Source: Haliotis rufescens
Lineage: Eukaryota
Direction of reading: 5' to 3'
Length of the DNA stretch: 64,000 nt
Assembly: GCF_023055435.1 (NCBI RefSeq)
Contig: NW_025963868.1
Location: forward strand, 26,164,001-26,228,000
Made by a program: the position numbers and the translations under genes. Positions 36,870-49,793 of the stretch are shown piece by piece. The notes below the pieces were generated by a model that was not told the origin of the DNA, made no database searches, and saw nothing but the letters and a program-made list of their open reading frames with translations. Positions within the stretch are counted from its first letter, which is position 1, and every line of letters begins with the position of its first letter.

Positions 36870-37320
36870 TGAATGAAAGTGTTTTTCACTCAAAATAAAC
36901 ACGTCAGAAAGATCTATTCTTAATTGAAATATGTGATTTAGGATTTTTAATATAGCTATTGTTTGCTTGTATTATTGAAAAGTAAGCTTATAAACGTAAT
37001 ATGAATTTATAGAATGTAGTAAAAAAAAATCATTTTCAAACGATCTATTCCAACATGTCCGTAGATGACTAACCGTCACTTCGTGAGGGTGTCATTGCTG
37101 GTGTCACCCTGAGAAAATGGGCCTGGCGTGTCACGCCAGTGTGTTTTCATGTAGGGAGGGTGGTTGTGGGCAACGGGCATGTCAAGTTGCTGCCCCTCAC
37201 ACATAATACGTGTACAAATCCCTAAAGAGTTAGAACAATTGCTATCATTTTGCTTGTATCGTTCGTCAACACATTGTCATACAGTTCTTCAGTGTTACCG
37301 AATCTTCATATTTTCTCGTG

Positions 37321-39978
37321 ATGGATGCCAGCGAAGTATCTCGCCTTGTAGACAACATCGCCTCTACTAAGTACCCAGAAGACTTCACCAAAGATCAAAA
37401 GAGACGTCTACGTGAGAAGGCCGCCTCTTTTACAGTTGCTGACAGAGTTCTCTACCATCTAGGCAATGGGGGGAAGAGGCAGAAGGTGTTCACAGTTGCT
37501 GACAGAGTTCTCTACCATCTAGGCAATTGGGGGGAAGAGGCAGAAGGTGTTCACAGTTGCTGACAGAGTTCTCTACCATCTAGGCAATGGGGAGAAGAAG
37601 CAGAAGGTGTTCACAGTTGCCGACAGAGTTCTCTACCATCTAGGCAATGGGGTGAAGAGGCAGAAGGTGTTCACAGTTGCTGACAGAGTTCTCTACCATC
37701 AAGGCAATGGGGGGAAGAGGCAGAAGGTGTTCACAGTTGCTGACAGAGTTCTCTACCATCTAGGCAATGGGGTGAAGAGGCAGAAGGTGTTCACAGTTGC
37801 CGACAGAGTTCTCTACCATCTAGGCAATGGGAGAAGAGGCAGAAGGTGTTCACAGTTGCTGACAGAGTTCTCTACCATCTAGGCAATGGGGGAAAGAGGC
37901 AGAAGGTGTTCACAGATGCTGACAGAGTTCTCTACCATCTAGGCAATGGGGTGAAGAGGCAGAAGGTGTTCACAGATGCTGACAGAGTCAGAGGCAGAAG
38001 GTCGTCGTTGGTGAAGATGAGAAGATGAAGATAATAGAGACTCTCCACAGCAGCATTGTCGGTGGTTGTCTCTTCGGTACTCGTGGCGCAGTATGAGTAA
38101 TGCCGTCCGTGAGTTCTGTAAGTGTTGCCCTGCTTGCCAGAAAGCGAACCCCAACAACAGACCCCAAGTGGCAAGCTTACACCCTGTCCCTGTTAAGGAC
38201 TTTTTCATCGATGGGGCTTGACCTTATTGGACCACTTAAAGAAACTGTAGATGGGTTCAGGTATATCATCGTTGCCACCGAGTACCTTTCCAGATGGGTG
38301 GAGGTTGCTGTACTTCCAGACAAGACAGCCATCAGCATTCATCAGTTTCTGATGCAGCTACTATACAGAAACGGGGTCAGGCAAGTACTCCTGCACGACC
38401 AGGGAAGGGAATTTTGCAATTTTCTTGTGAAGGTACTCTGTGACATTTTAGCTACTGACCAAGCCACGACGTCCCCGTATCAACCCCAGTCCAATGGTCT
38501 CACCGGAAGATTCAACCAGACCATGATCACCCAGCTGATGAAGATGTTAACAAGGACGGAGACGACTTGGACAAATTCCTTCAACCCGTTGCGTTTGCCT
38601 ACCGGACCAACATCCAGGCGTCTACCAAGACGTCTCCGTTTGAGCTCCTCTACGGCCAGAAAGCAAGACTTCCCATCGACCTTGAAGAAGCGAAGGATGA
38701 CCAAGCTATCTGGGATGTTGACGTCGAAGCCGTCGCTTACCGCATGAAGAAACTTGCTGACGTTATGCCCTCAAGCCGTGCAACAGCTAGAAACAACATC
38801 GAGAAGGCGCAGTCAAAACAGAAGAGGCGCTACGATCTTAAACACAGCTCGCCCGTTTTCCAGGTAGGATTTTTAAGCTCTATATCAAAATACTCATCTG
38901 TTTTAGTAACCCTTAGTAGCAGCTTAGGAGAAAGCATAGCGTGTGTAAAACTAATGATTACAAACTCTTAAATTAACATGTCAAAATATATAGAGGGAAG
39001 GATTACTGTTAAACAGTGATTGGGAAAGAATAGAAAGTAACAAAACAAGTATTGGACTGCGTTATTTTAGAATAATTACTTTCTTAAGAATAAAAATCAT
39101 TCTTGTTTAATGCAGATATATCCTTATGATATAAAGTTATTAGAAATCAGTGGTGCTGACAGTTTCTTTGTGTAACAGGTCGGGCAAAGAGTCACCATCA
39201 TCAACAGGAGACGAGACACATGTACAAGGATGGGAGACAAGCTCTCTCCCCGGTAATTCGGCCCATACGTCATTCACGAATCCCTTTGCAACGGCGAGAA
39301 AGTCCTCAAGTCACACTACAACGCCACTCACCTTAAGATATGGCATGATCCGCTCACCACAGATGCCCCTGCCGAAGGCGACATAGTCCCCGTTACGACT
39401 GATGACGCTGCTACAGACGTTACAGCTAAGGACTTAAACTTACGATTGTCAGACAGAGATAACATTGAGTCCGGGCAGTGGGTAAATGACCGAGTCATTG
39501 ACGCTGCATCTAAACTTGTGACATCCAGCACCGGGCTAGTGAACCAGTCGACTCTTCTCGCACAGACAGTTTTTTAGCCCATCCATCGCGATACCGTGCA
39601 GATCCTCCATGACAGAGACCACTGGGTGACGGTAAACAAGCAACCATCGTGGCGTGATGTATGCTGACATCACGAAGAGAGCTGTTGGCGACCTCATCAA
39701 TAAACAGTTGAAGCAGATCTTCCAAAATTAATGTGACAGTAGTGGTAACCTTACAGCTTCTTCCTTGCCAGTTGCAGACAAATGGTTCAGACTGTGGCAT
39801 CTTTGCCATTGCTAATGCAGTTGAACTTTCCCTAGGTAACAGCTTGCACTCCTGCAGATACGACATTGCAAAGATGAGACCCCACCAAGTGCAGTGCCTG
39901 ATCGAACACGACGTCCGTCCTTTTCCTAAGACTGTGACATGTGGACGCACGCCGAAGTCAAAGATCATCACGGTGTAG
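37321..39978 (+). pseudogene. GIN1/Ginger-like DDE integrase fused to a Ulp1-like cysteine protease, one GT-AG intron (38864-39178)
   Basis: GLDLIGPL, LHDQGREF, SPYQPQSNGLTGRFN (E to G), FAYRT...SPFELLYG, PVFQ|VGQRV, FGPY; then WVNDRVID, QILH..HWVTV, QTNGSDCGIFAIA. Confidence 0.8.
37429..37988 (+). repeat. 60-bp minisatellite, 9 full units + 1 partial, encoding FTVADRVLYHLGNGxKRQKV
   Basis: Direct reading; +1 nt in unit 2 and -1 nt in unit 7. Confidence 0.95.
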
Positions 39979-42318
39979 ATGTGTAACCGAAAGTTTTACT
40001 GTAAATACAAACCTAACACTGACATATTTAAACTAGAAATCATGTCCAATGAAAATGATGTATTGAAGCAATTGACCTTGAATTTGTTTTCCAAAATATT
40101 CTATCATGCTTATGAAAGTGCTATCCCTAAATACAGAGTTTGTTGTTTCTAATACAGTTTTTGTTGTCTGTGTACATTTTTTTAATATACCAGTTTGAGT
40201 CTACATGTGAACACAATCGATGGTTGAAATGTTAGTCTAAGAACAAAACATGAACTAATGGCCAACATTCCTCAGTTATGCCCCTTAACTACTTCGCCAA
40301 TAGATGGCGCCAAACGCTACGGTCCTGCGCGTACTTCCAGTATATTACGCGGTTCACAGATATTTGCACGACCAACAACTACAACGAAGTATTTACGATG
40401 CCTTCGACGTGCTGCTGTGTCCCGGGATGATGCAATCGAGGTGTTTTGTCGTTTCCGAGAGAACCCATGTTGCTGAAACAATGGTTGATTGGTATTCGGA
40501 GGAGCGACGAATCAAACCAAGGCAAGATGTGGAAACCGTCACATCACAGTGTTGTGTGTCATTCCCACTTCAGGCCGTCTGATTTCATTGCTGTAACTAG
40601 TTATGGTAAGACATTTGGGTAACTTGTTATGTTTCTATTCGTTGGCAGATTTAATTAACGTGCATGCCAATTATATTTGTTATATTTTTCTTGCATTGAA
40701 ATTACCAAGAGGGTTTTACGTGACTCAGAAATGTGTATCCAGTATGCAGAAATGTAAAGAAAGGACGCAGACAAAATAGAATATGTTCCGTCCCGTGGGA
40801 CACACTTATTTTCACAGATAGTTTGATTTTGTCATTGAGTTAAATTGAGTAAAGGTTCTTAAAACTTCGAAGTGTGTAATTTTTTTCACAATAATTTTAG
40901 TTCCCTCCTGTCAGAGTAGGCGAGTAAATTGGAGTATTGGCTAATTCTAATGTAATCATGTTTGTGTGTGTTTTGTTTGTGTGTTCAACACTAATGTCAC
41001 TGACCCACATTTACAAATATGGAACCGTCAGAGAACAAACCAGATGACGTCACTATTGAACGGTACGTCGCCTATCCCTACCTATGACGTCACCTAACAA
41101 CGGGCATGATAATGGCCCGTCGTCAAGCAATATGAGGGCATTATCAAGTTTATTTCTGATAACATGCGTCCGGTTTAATGATAATTCTATCAATTTTAGC
41201 TATAATACTGAGTCTGAAAACGATTATACAGCAGTCACGGAATTAAACTACTGACTATCCGCTGTCTAGGTAGATGTTCTATCAAATACACCACGGAGGC
41301 AGTTTAAGTTGTATAACAATGACATGTGTAAGAAACTGTAGAATACCAGTCCATGTGACTTATCTATCCTTCTAACAGGGACGAGGTTGTCCAAGCTCCG
41401 AGAAAATTATCAATATTGACTGGAAATTTTGAGCAATTGGGAGCAAGGAAGACATTGGTGGAAAGATGGGGGTCAGTATTGATGCCTGGAGACGACGGAT
41501 TGGCCGATTTACACCTCCCAAAGGAACAAGGCAAGTTTAAACTATACATACATACACGTCCCATTCTCAATTGACGCCATATACCGAGATGGGTTATAGA
41601 CTACTGTTGAGTATGTCCATCTGGTCTCTTGTGTGTATCTGTGACTCTGCTGCAGCAGTGTGGACCCCACAGGCTGTACCTATGTTGATACTCCCTTCAA
41701 ACTTGTGTACCCCAGATGAGATCTGTGTGATCTCTCCCGTGGGGACCAGTTTGGTTACATATCGAAAACATGAGACACTTGCCACTGCTAATGTATCCAT
41801 ACCGTTGCTTATAATCAGATCCGGCGATGTTGAGTTGAATCCTGGGCCTTTGACTACAAAACTTGATGAAATGAAGAACGTAATTTTAAAACAAATAAAA
41901 GAGTCAGAAGACAAAATTTACAATATAATAAAAGAATCAGAAAGTAACCTCTACACTGAAATCAAGTCAATGAAGGAGGACGTAAAATCTCTCAAGTCCG
42001 AACTCCGCGATTTAAGACATGAGGTATCAGATATCAATGGCCATTTAGATGTCCACAGACTTGACATTGATGCTGTTAGTTACAGATGTGATGAACTGGA
42101 CACCATGTACAAGGATTTAGACGCAGGAGGTGAGGATCAAGAACGCAGAAGCAGACGGAACAACATGATAATGTATGGTGTGAGTGAGTCGCCTAATGAA
42201 ACCTAATCTGAGTGTCAAAATAAAGTATTAGATATTCTTGATTAGGCTAGAGTCACAAAAGACATGGCTCCACTTGTTCCCAGGGATATAGAAATAGCCC
42301 ATAGCTAGAATATCTACG

Positions 42319-45300
42319 ACTAGTTAATGTAAGTTCTACATTTGGCCTTACCATTTGCCAAGGAGGCGATAAAAAAGTTGTGTGGGAGCTATATCCTGAA
42401 AGTTAATGTTCGCAGCAGAAACGACTTATTTAATTCTTATTCCTAGTGGTGGAACAAGAGATGTTTTCTTATTGTAAATATCTTCGTAAAGTTTATTAAA
42501 TACGCAATTAAAAGCTGGATTTGACTGATTGGAATATAATTTAGTGATGTACTGTAAAGATAGTTTCAGACGGCGTTGTTTAAGAGAAGACTCATCCGCT
42601 TCAACAGACAGACTTGGAATAGGAGAAGTGCGAAAGGCTCCAAAGCAAAGCCTCAGTCCTTGGTGATGGATAGTATCAAGTTTTTTAAAATTACTTTTAC
42701 AGGCTCCAAAATAAACGATGGAGCCGTAATCAAGTTTTGAACGGATCAGTGATCTGTGATGGCTGTCAAAATTAAGGCCCAAGAACTTGGCCTCCTTTTT
42801 ACCACTCTAATAGGGGTGTCATTCAAAAATAGTTCAGGGTCTTTATGCGTCTTATATTTTCTGCAGAAATGTATACAATTAGATTTGATTTAGAAAATTT
42901 AAATCCATTTTCAAGAAAGTTAGATGGCTGTCAAAAATAAGGCTCAAGAACTTGGCCTCCTTTTTACCACTTTGATAGGGGTGCCGTTTAAACATAGTTC
43001 AGGGTCTTTATGCGTCTTATATTTTCTGCAGAAATGTATACAATTAGTTTTTGATTTAGAAAATTTAAATCCGTTTTCAAGAGACCACTTGTGAATTTTA
43101 TTGAGACAGATTTGTAATTGCCTCTCTATGGTATGCATATTTTTACCACAACAAGAAATATTAAAATCATCGACAAAAAGTGATCCATCCACCGAATCAC
43201 TTAAAACGTTGGACAGACTATTTATTTTAATACTAAACAAGGTGACAGACAAAATACTGCCTTGTGGGACACCCTGATCCTGATTATAATGGTCAGACAG
43301 GGTGGTACCCACTCGGACTTGAAATTGTCTGTCTGTTAAAAATTGTGCTATAAAATGAGGTAAACGACCTCTCAGACCAAAATCATGTAAATCCTTTAAA
43401 ATGCCATGCTTCCAGGTAGTATCGCATGCTTTCTCAAGATCAAAGAAAATCGATACTACATGTTGCTTATTTACAATAGCATTTTTAACAAAGGACTCCA
43501 ATCGTACCAAATGGTCGATAGTACTTCGATTTTTTCGGAAACCACATGAAATATTGGTAAGAAAATTGTTGGTTTCCAAATACCATACTAATCTATTATT
43601 TACTATTCATTCCATGGTTTTGCAAACACAACTGGTTAACGATATAGGACGGTAATTTGAAGAATCTTTATGATCCTGGACAGGTTTTGGTATCGGTACC
43701 ACAAGGGCATTATGCCATGAAGCAGGAAAATTCCCTGATGTCCATATGTGGTCAAATATATCTAAAAGCGTCTCAAGACATGATTCAGGCAAATGCTTGA
43801 GTAACTGATAATGGGTATTATCATCTCCTGCAGCAGTATCATGAGCTTGCTCAAGAGCAGTATGTAGCCCTGCAATGAAAATACTTCATTTTAGTCTTCA
43901 CCATTATTTGAATTTAAAGTAACTTTTTTCTTTTCTTGTTGTTTCTGATATCTCTGAAACTCGGGAACATAATTTGATGATGAAGAACTTTCGCCAAGAG
44001 TTTCGCCAAGTTTATTTACAATGGCAGATTTATCAGTTATTAATTTGTCACCGTCTTTAAGATGGTGTACAGACGATTTAGAACCTTTACCTTTTATTTT
44101 TTTAACCATGTTGGACATGAGTGTCCGTGAATTAATTCTGGAGACATAATTCCTCCAAGATTGACGCTTATTATGTTAATAAGCACGTCGTGTCTTGGCA
44201 CTAGTAATTTTAACAGTATTCAAGTTATGTACTGTAGGGTGTTTACGGAAATATTTTTCCGCTTTATTCCTACACTTCCTTGCTTGTTTGCACTCATTGG
44301 TAAACCATGTGAATCAGTGAGGGACAGATCGAGTGCAGAGTAAGTTCCTGTGGCAGGATGTAAATAGGCGCTGGAATCGTCATTAAATAAACATAAATTA
44401 TTATCAGATAGAAAATCCTCAATAACTTCCCCCTTATCGTTTGTAGTCGTACTTCCCCATAGAGGGTTGTGCCCATTTATATCGCCCATAATGATGCACG
44501 GCTTTGGGAGCTGATCATATAAATGCTGAAGATCAGACAGTCGAAGTGCAGATGAAGGTGAAATATACAAAGAGCACAAAGTAAATGCAATGTGCAAGGT
44601 AAGGCGGATAGCAACAGCTTGAAGATAATATTTAAAGGAACAGCACTATTTATGATGTCCTGCCTGACCAAAATAGTAGAGCCTCCAGTGGCTTTGTCAC
44701 CCGGAGGAGAAAAAGAATGATGACAATTGTACTGCCTCAGATCAAATGTATCCGTATGTTTAAGATATGTCTCTTGGAGACATATAGCTGATGGCTTAAA
44801 ATCTTGAACTAGTACTTGTATCTCATTAAAATTCTTACGAAGTCCTCTGCAATTCCATTGTATTAAATGTTGAGAGCAACTCATGGAGGCTCAGTTGGAG
44901 AACATGAACGGGGTGAAGGTCCCTTACGCTGTAACGACAACGATGGAGACACTTCCATATCGAGAGGTTCAAAGGTGTTGTGAACCTCGACAGGGATTGT
45001 TGAAGGCGCCTTCAGATGTTTCAGGGTCCTTAATTCCTTTTTACGCATTTGTTTTCTCTCTTTCCTTGTTAACAGATGAGGTTCAAGCTCAATCTCAGGC
45101 TTAGGCTGTGGTTCAGGCTCAGGCTCCAGAGAGGGAGGGGTTAATTGGATATCAGTCTGTGTTTCAGATGATGACATTAATTCCTCGGTTGTGGAATATA
45201 ACATTGTCTGTTTATCCGAGACCCAGGAAATAGCTGTCTGACAAGCATGATCAACAGTTTGCTGAGGACAGGAGACTATGGCAGAGTAAGATTTGGATCG

Positions 45301-46763
45301 TGAACTGTTTTGAGGTTGTTCCTTTACCAATTATTTTGCATCAGAAAAGGAAATATTGTTTGTGTATTTGATCTTTATAATTTTGGTTTCTCTTTTAAAG
45401 ACTGGACACTGTTTGGAGGAGGACATGTGCTCACCGTTGCAGTCCGCACATCTGATGTCACCTGTGCAATCAGAGCTGTCATGATTCTTACTGCAACGGG
45501 AGCAGACTGCAGAGCCACGACAGGACTTGGCGCCATGGCCAAACTGTTGGCACTTAAAACATCGCAGTTGATGTGGTATATACACATCCACGCCGATGTT
45601 AAAATAACCAGCTTTGATTGAGGTTGGGAGCTTAGAAAGAGCAAATGTAAATAAATATGTGTGAGGGTTTACAACACTATCATGATCTTTTCTTGTAAAG
45701 CATTTAACAGCTGTTACACCTTGAGATTTTAGTTCCTGACAATCATGTCAGACAGGCATTTCGCTCGGTCGCGGACAATGCCCCTGCAGGAATTTAAAGA
45801 TTTATGAATAGATACTGTAATTGCGGTATTGGCAAAAATGATGAGCATTTAACAAATTAATTGTTGTCTCTTGGATCATTCTATCACGAGAGAACCAGAC
45901 CAGAGACGAGTGACGTTTTTAACGTCACCACAAATTCCTTGAACTGCCTTTGAAACTACAAAAGGGTTGATCTTGAGAGGCACACCATCAATGCCTTCTA
46001 CAACTAGAAATCTTGGCCACGAGTCAAGTTGGTTGGAGAAGATTCATCATCAGAAGATGAAATAGTATCTAAGTCAACATGTCTTGTGGGGTATCCATAA
46101 TGAGAGAAAGAAATTTCGTCAACCCTGCTCCCCACCCACCATGGAGTGTCAACAAGGACGGTTTTACAGTTGAAACTAGGCTGCAACACCAGGGCTACAG
46201 GGGTGTTATACTCCAGAAATAAAGACATAAATAGCTGTCGTTAATAAAAGGAAGAATGTCAGACTGGTTCGGCCCATGGCATTTTCCTATAAAAACACAG
46301 AATTCAGCGGTCCGTATCACCAGATTGGCCCATGAGCCACCGCCTTCTGGCATAGGACTCTAGCCAAAATTTTATTTTACAAAATCAAGGTCATCATATA
46401 TTTTGATCAAAACTGTAAGATAAGATACATCTAAATTATCAAGTTTTCCATGCACAGGGTATGGCGTGACCAGCCGATTGATAGAATCGGGCCCATTCTA
46501 ACACCCGTCTAGGTGAAGTCAGGGTCAAAGTGGTGTGTTGGGCAAAAGGAAGGCTGTTCCTGGCTCCAGTGCCCTCAACCACCAGAATCCCTTCCTCCAC
46601 CGACACAGGGGCGCAACCCACGGCAAACAGGTTGCCCAATTCGGTCGCCTTTTACGACCAGAAATGGGGTGCTGTGGAAACATTCTGCCCCGGTTCCACA
46701 CGGGGGAAGAGATATCAGCGCTACCCAGCACTCACCACGAGGAGGTTGCTCTTCACGAGTGCC
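42319..46763 (-). mobile_element. I/Nimb-clade LINE (subfamily B) duplicate; 3' end deleted, retains ORF1 and RT parts missing from 12585-16070
   Basis: YRPISLTS, GFRKNRST, FFDLEKACD, GVPQGSILS, FVDD; local duplication 42760-42915; same 5' flank TTCAGCGTAATGAGT. Confidence 0.9.
46706..46763 (-). ncRNA. HDV-like ribozyme, copy C
   Basis: GGCACUC GU GAAGAGCA ACC UCCUCGU GGU GAGUGCU GG GUAGCG CUGA UA UCUCUUC (one P2 mismatch). Confidence 0.85.
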
Positions 46764-49091
46764 TTCAGCGTAATGAGTTAAGTAGACTTTGAACTGAAAT
46801 ACCAAATTTCAGATTTTACTATAAGGGAAACACATGAGTGCAAGAGGAGTGAGTGAGTTGGGTTTAACGCGGCTTTCAACAGTATTCAAGTTATAACACG
46901 GCATGTCAGCTTAATGTGGGAGGAAAGCCCGAAGTGATGCAGGTCTCAGACGTTTACCACTACGGGGAAACCCACGAGCACGGGTATGGTGCTGACAAAC
47001 CTAGAAACATAATTGAGGCGAACCGGGGTTCGAACCCACAATCATAGGTTTCTGGCGTGCCCAAGGGACGCAACCCTGCACAGCGAATCGCGGCGCCTTG
47101 CAAGAGGAGAAGGAGGAGGATAGAGCTGATAACTCAGCACCCAGTCAGCAGCGAGTGCCCTGGAAATCCTCCCGAGGTACCAGGAGACAACTGAGATCAC
47201 ACTCACGACCGGCTAGCTCCGGGAGTGGACAGACTGAATAGGGGTGTGGCCAGGGCAAAGGTGTGAATGGTGTCGAGGTAAATTTTACGACACTTCACAG
47301 TGACAGTGAAAGTAACCAGGACTGTGATGACACAGCCACTGTTAGTTTCATTTTTTGGAACGTTTCACGACTTGTATAGAGGTTAATGGACAATGACGTT
47401 ATTTCATGCCTACATCAGTATGATATAATTGGCCTCACAGAAACTTGGGTCACCGACCAGGATTGATCAGATATATTTACTGAATATGAATATGGGTATG
47501 TGTATAAAAGTGCAGACATATTAGCAGACCAAGAAAGACTCTCTGGTGGAATTACAATTTTGATTAAAAAGATCTTTTATAAGTATCTCGTCTCTATTAA
47601 GATAACATAAAATGCTATTTTCTTTGTATTTGACCAGTCTATGATTGATTTGGATCACAATTTCTTATATGCATGTGCTTACATCCATCCAGAAGGTTCC
47701 ACATGGTACACTAAGATGTCAGCAGATTGTAAAAATGGAATCGATATATTTCACGAGAATCTGTATAATATTTTAACATCTGAAAATGACATGTATATTC
47801 TCTGTGGTGGAGACTTTAATGCCCACACAGGAACAAAGGCTGACTTCATTGAAGATGTATTAGTTGAACAAACAGAAAAGCATTGCCAGTCGCGTTACGA
47901 CTTTATACTAGATTATTTTAAAGAAACACGCTACTCTGTGGATAAGAACATTAATGCCTTTGGTAGATCTTTACTAGATTAGTGTTCAATTTTCAACTTA
48001 CATCTCATGAACGGGAGATGTGGATCCGACTCAGGACGTGGAGATTACACATTTATTGGATCACAGAATTGTTAGTTAACAACCACGTCACCTACATGTA
48101 AATACGCATTGTACTGTAGGCCTGTGGCCTTTTAAGTACTGAATAAAACTGATTGACTTCACACTTCAAATAGCCGAAAGTGGCTCAAGGGTTCGACCGT
48201 GGTAAACGGCACCTAACGTTTTACAAGTCTCCGGCAAGGCGTGACGGACACGAAAGATTAGACTAAAACTCTGTCCTATTCCTTTTAGACAAGCCTTTTC
48301 CAGTGAGACTAACTGATGCACGAGATACTAGCACTGGTATTTTCGACTGCCTTTTCAGAACCCCATCGTATGGCAGGAGTAGTGCTGTGTGGCATCAAAC
48401 ATCAAACACATACATTCCAATTAAAATGTTAGGCCAAAATATACTCTCAGATAGCAGGTTGCATTTCAACCCTGATGGAACTCCGAAAAATATGAAAGAT
48501 ACTACAAGACGACGCGTGTGTTCATTTTTATTGTACTGATTTCAACTATTGACAAGGCCACTTACAAATATACCCTTTATAGCTTTCAGTGTAATGTACT
48601 ACGAACAGACACGCCTTTAGGCATAGTAAACACATTTTGAGGAAACATTTTGGACGTTATTCTCATGATGGGTGGTTCAAAGATAGGTACGTTGTCATAT
48701 GAGAAACATGTCATTAAACCAGTATCACTCATTTTAAAACTGGAATCATTTCCTGAAAGAACTTTTTTCATGTCATTGCAAGCAGTTATCTAGCCTTGTT
48801 GACATCAAGTGTCTGAGTGTTACTAGCCCACATCGACCATACAATTTGCACCAATACTCATGAACTCGTGACACGACAGTCCCTCTGGATTACACAGACT
48901 GAACATACTGGTCAGATTCTGTGATTTGACTTATAGCGTGTCATCGTACATAGTACCCTTCTTGAACAAATCAAACATCCTTTTAAAAAACAAATTCAGA
49001 TTTAAATATTCAATGATTTATTGGTATTATGTGACTATGAGTATGACATATTGTTAAAAGACATGGATATATATTATGCATACAATTTCAG

Positions 49092-49793
49092 TTAATGTGT
49101 TATTTTGGACACTGAATGTCCCTCAATAGAAATGCAACTTGAACGTCGTCTCTTCCTTAAAAACAAATTTCTGATTGATTGAAACTTTTTAGAAAGACGC
49201 GAGTGGGTCTTTTTTTCATCAGTCACAGAAACATGTTGATGATGTCGCTTCATAATCTCTACAAGTACCTGTATGACACTAAGGTCCTTCTCAGCCGAGA
49301 TCTCCACGTGTCCATGTTCCCATTCACAGCTAATGTTCAGATCTCGGGACATTCTCTCGGTCTTATCTACAGAGCCAGCGATGTCTGTCTTGTTGGCCAC
49401 GAACACTATAGGGACTGAAGGTCCCTCTTGCTGGAGGATCTGGTCCCTGGCTGCTACCACAGACTCAAAGGAGTCATCACACACCAGCGAGTACACCAAG
49501 ACGTATACATCAATGGAGGGGAGTCCCTGCGGGAAGGTGCAGCTCTTCGTTGTGGATGTGTCTACAATATCGACTGTCAGACTTCGCCCTTTGATTCCAA
49601 GATCAACTCGAGCGTTACCACGTTTCTTACTTTCGTTGTGGGATTTGCTGCTCCGTTCTGTCCAGTGTTTGATGAGTCTGCAGATTAAGGTTAACTTTCC
49701 TACACTGCTATCTCCAATAACAGCAAGGTTGAAGCTATCTTCCTCTTCTGAAATACTGCTGACCTCTGAGTGGAGAGTAAATCTGCGACTCAT
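49092..49793 (-). CDS. Atypical Ras-family GTPase copy 5, 233 aa
   Basis: G1 GDSSVGKLT, NKTD, ISAE; long C-terminus as in copy 1. Confidence 0.8.
   Translation of the reverse strand: MSRRFTLHSEVSSISEEEDSFNLAVIGDSSVGKLTLICRLIKHWTERSSKSHNESKKRGNARVDLGIKGRSLTVDIVDTSTTKSCTFPQGLPSIDVYVLVYSLVCDDSFESVVAARDQILQQEGPSVPIVFVANKTDIAGSVDKTERMSRDLNISCEWEHGHVEISAEKDLSVIQVLVEIMKRHHQHVSVTDEKKTHSRLSKKFQSIRNLFLRKRRRSSCISIEGHSVSKITH

Larger units (their letters stand above)
34720..40990 (+). mobile_element. Ginger-type (Gypsy-integrase-like) DNA transposon, degenerate; boundaries approximate
   Basis: Array homology breaks at ~34719 (TGTCCCGG start with C-rich subterminal repeats) and resumes ~40995. Integrase + intron + Ulp1 domain with no RT/RNaseH/LTR; right TIR not found. 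Confidence 0.6.
41362..48153 (+). mobile_element. Duplicated copy of the RTEX/CR1-group LINE with nested I/Nimb LINE, internally deleted
   Basis: Same TGACTT ends as 11457-21143; ORF1 41466-42206 with SGDVELNPGP. Confidence 0.85.

Noticed and set aside
37429-37988. CRISPR-like regular array (also 62050-62250)
   Set aside because: Head-to-tail repeats with no unique spacers, no cas genes, eukaryotic context.
38100-38971. Gypsy LTR retrotransposon
   Set aside because: No gag, aspartic protease, RT, RNaseH, LTR or PBS; the intron and Ulp1 domain fit Ginger.
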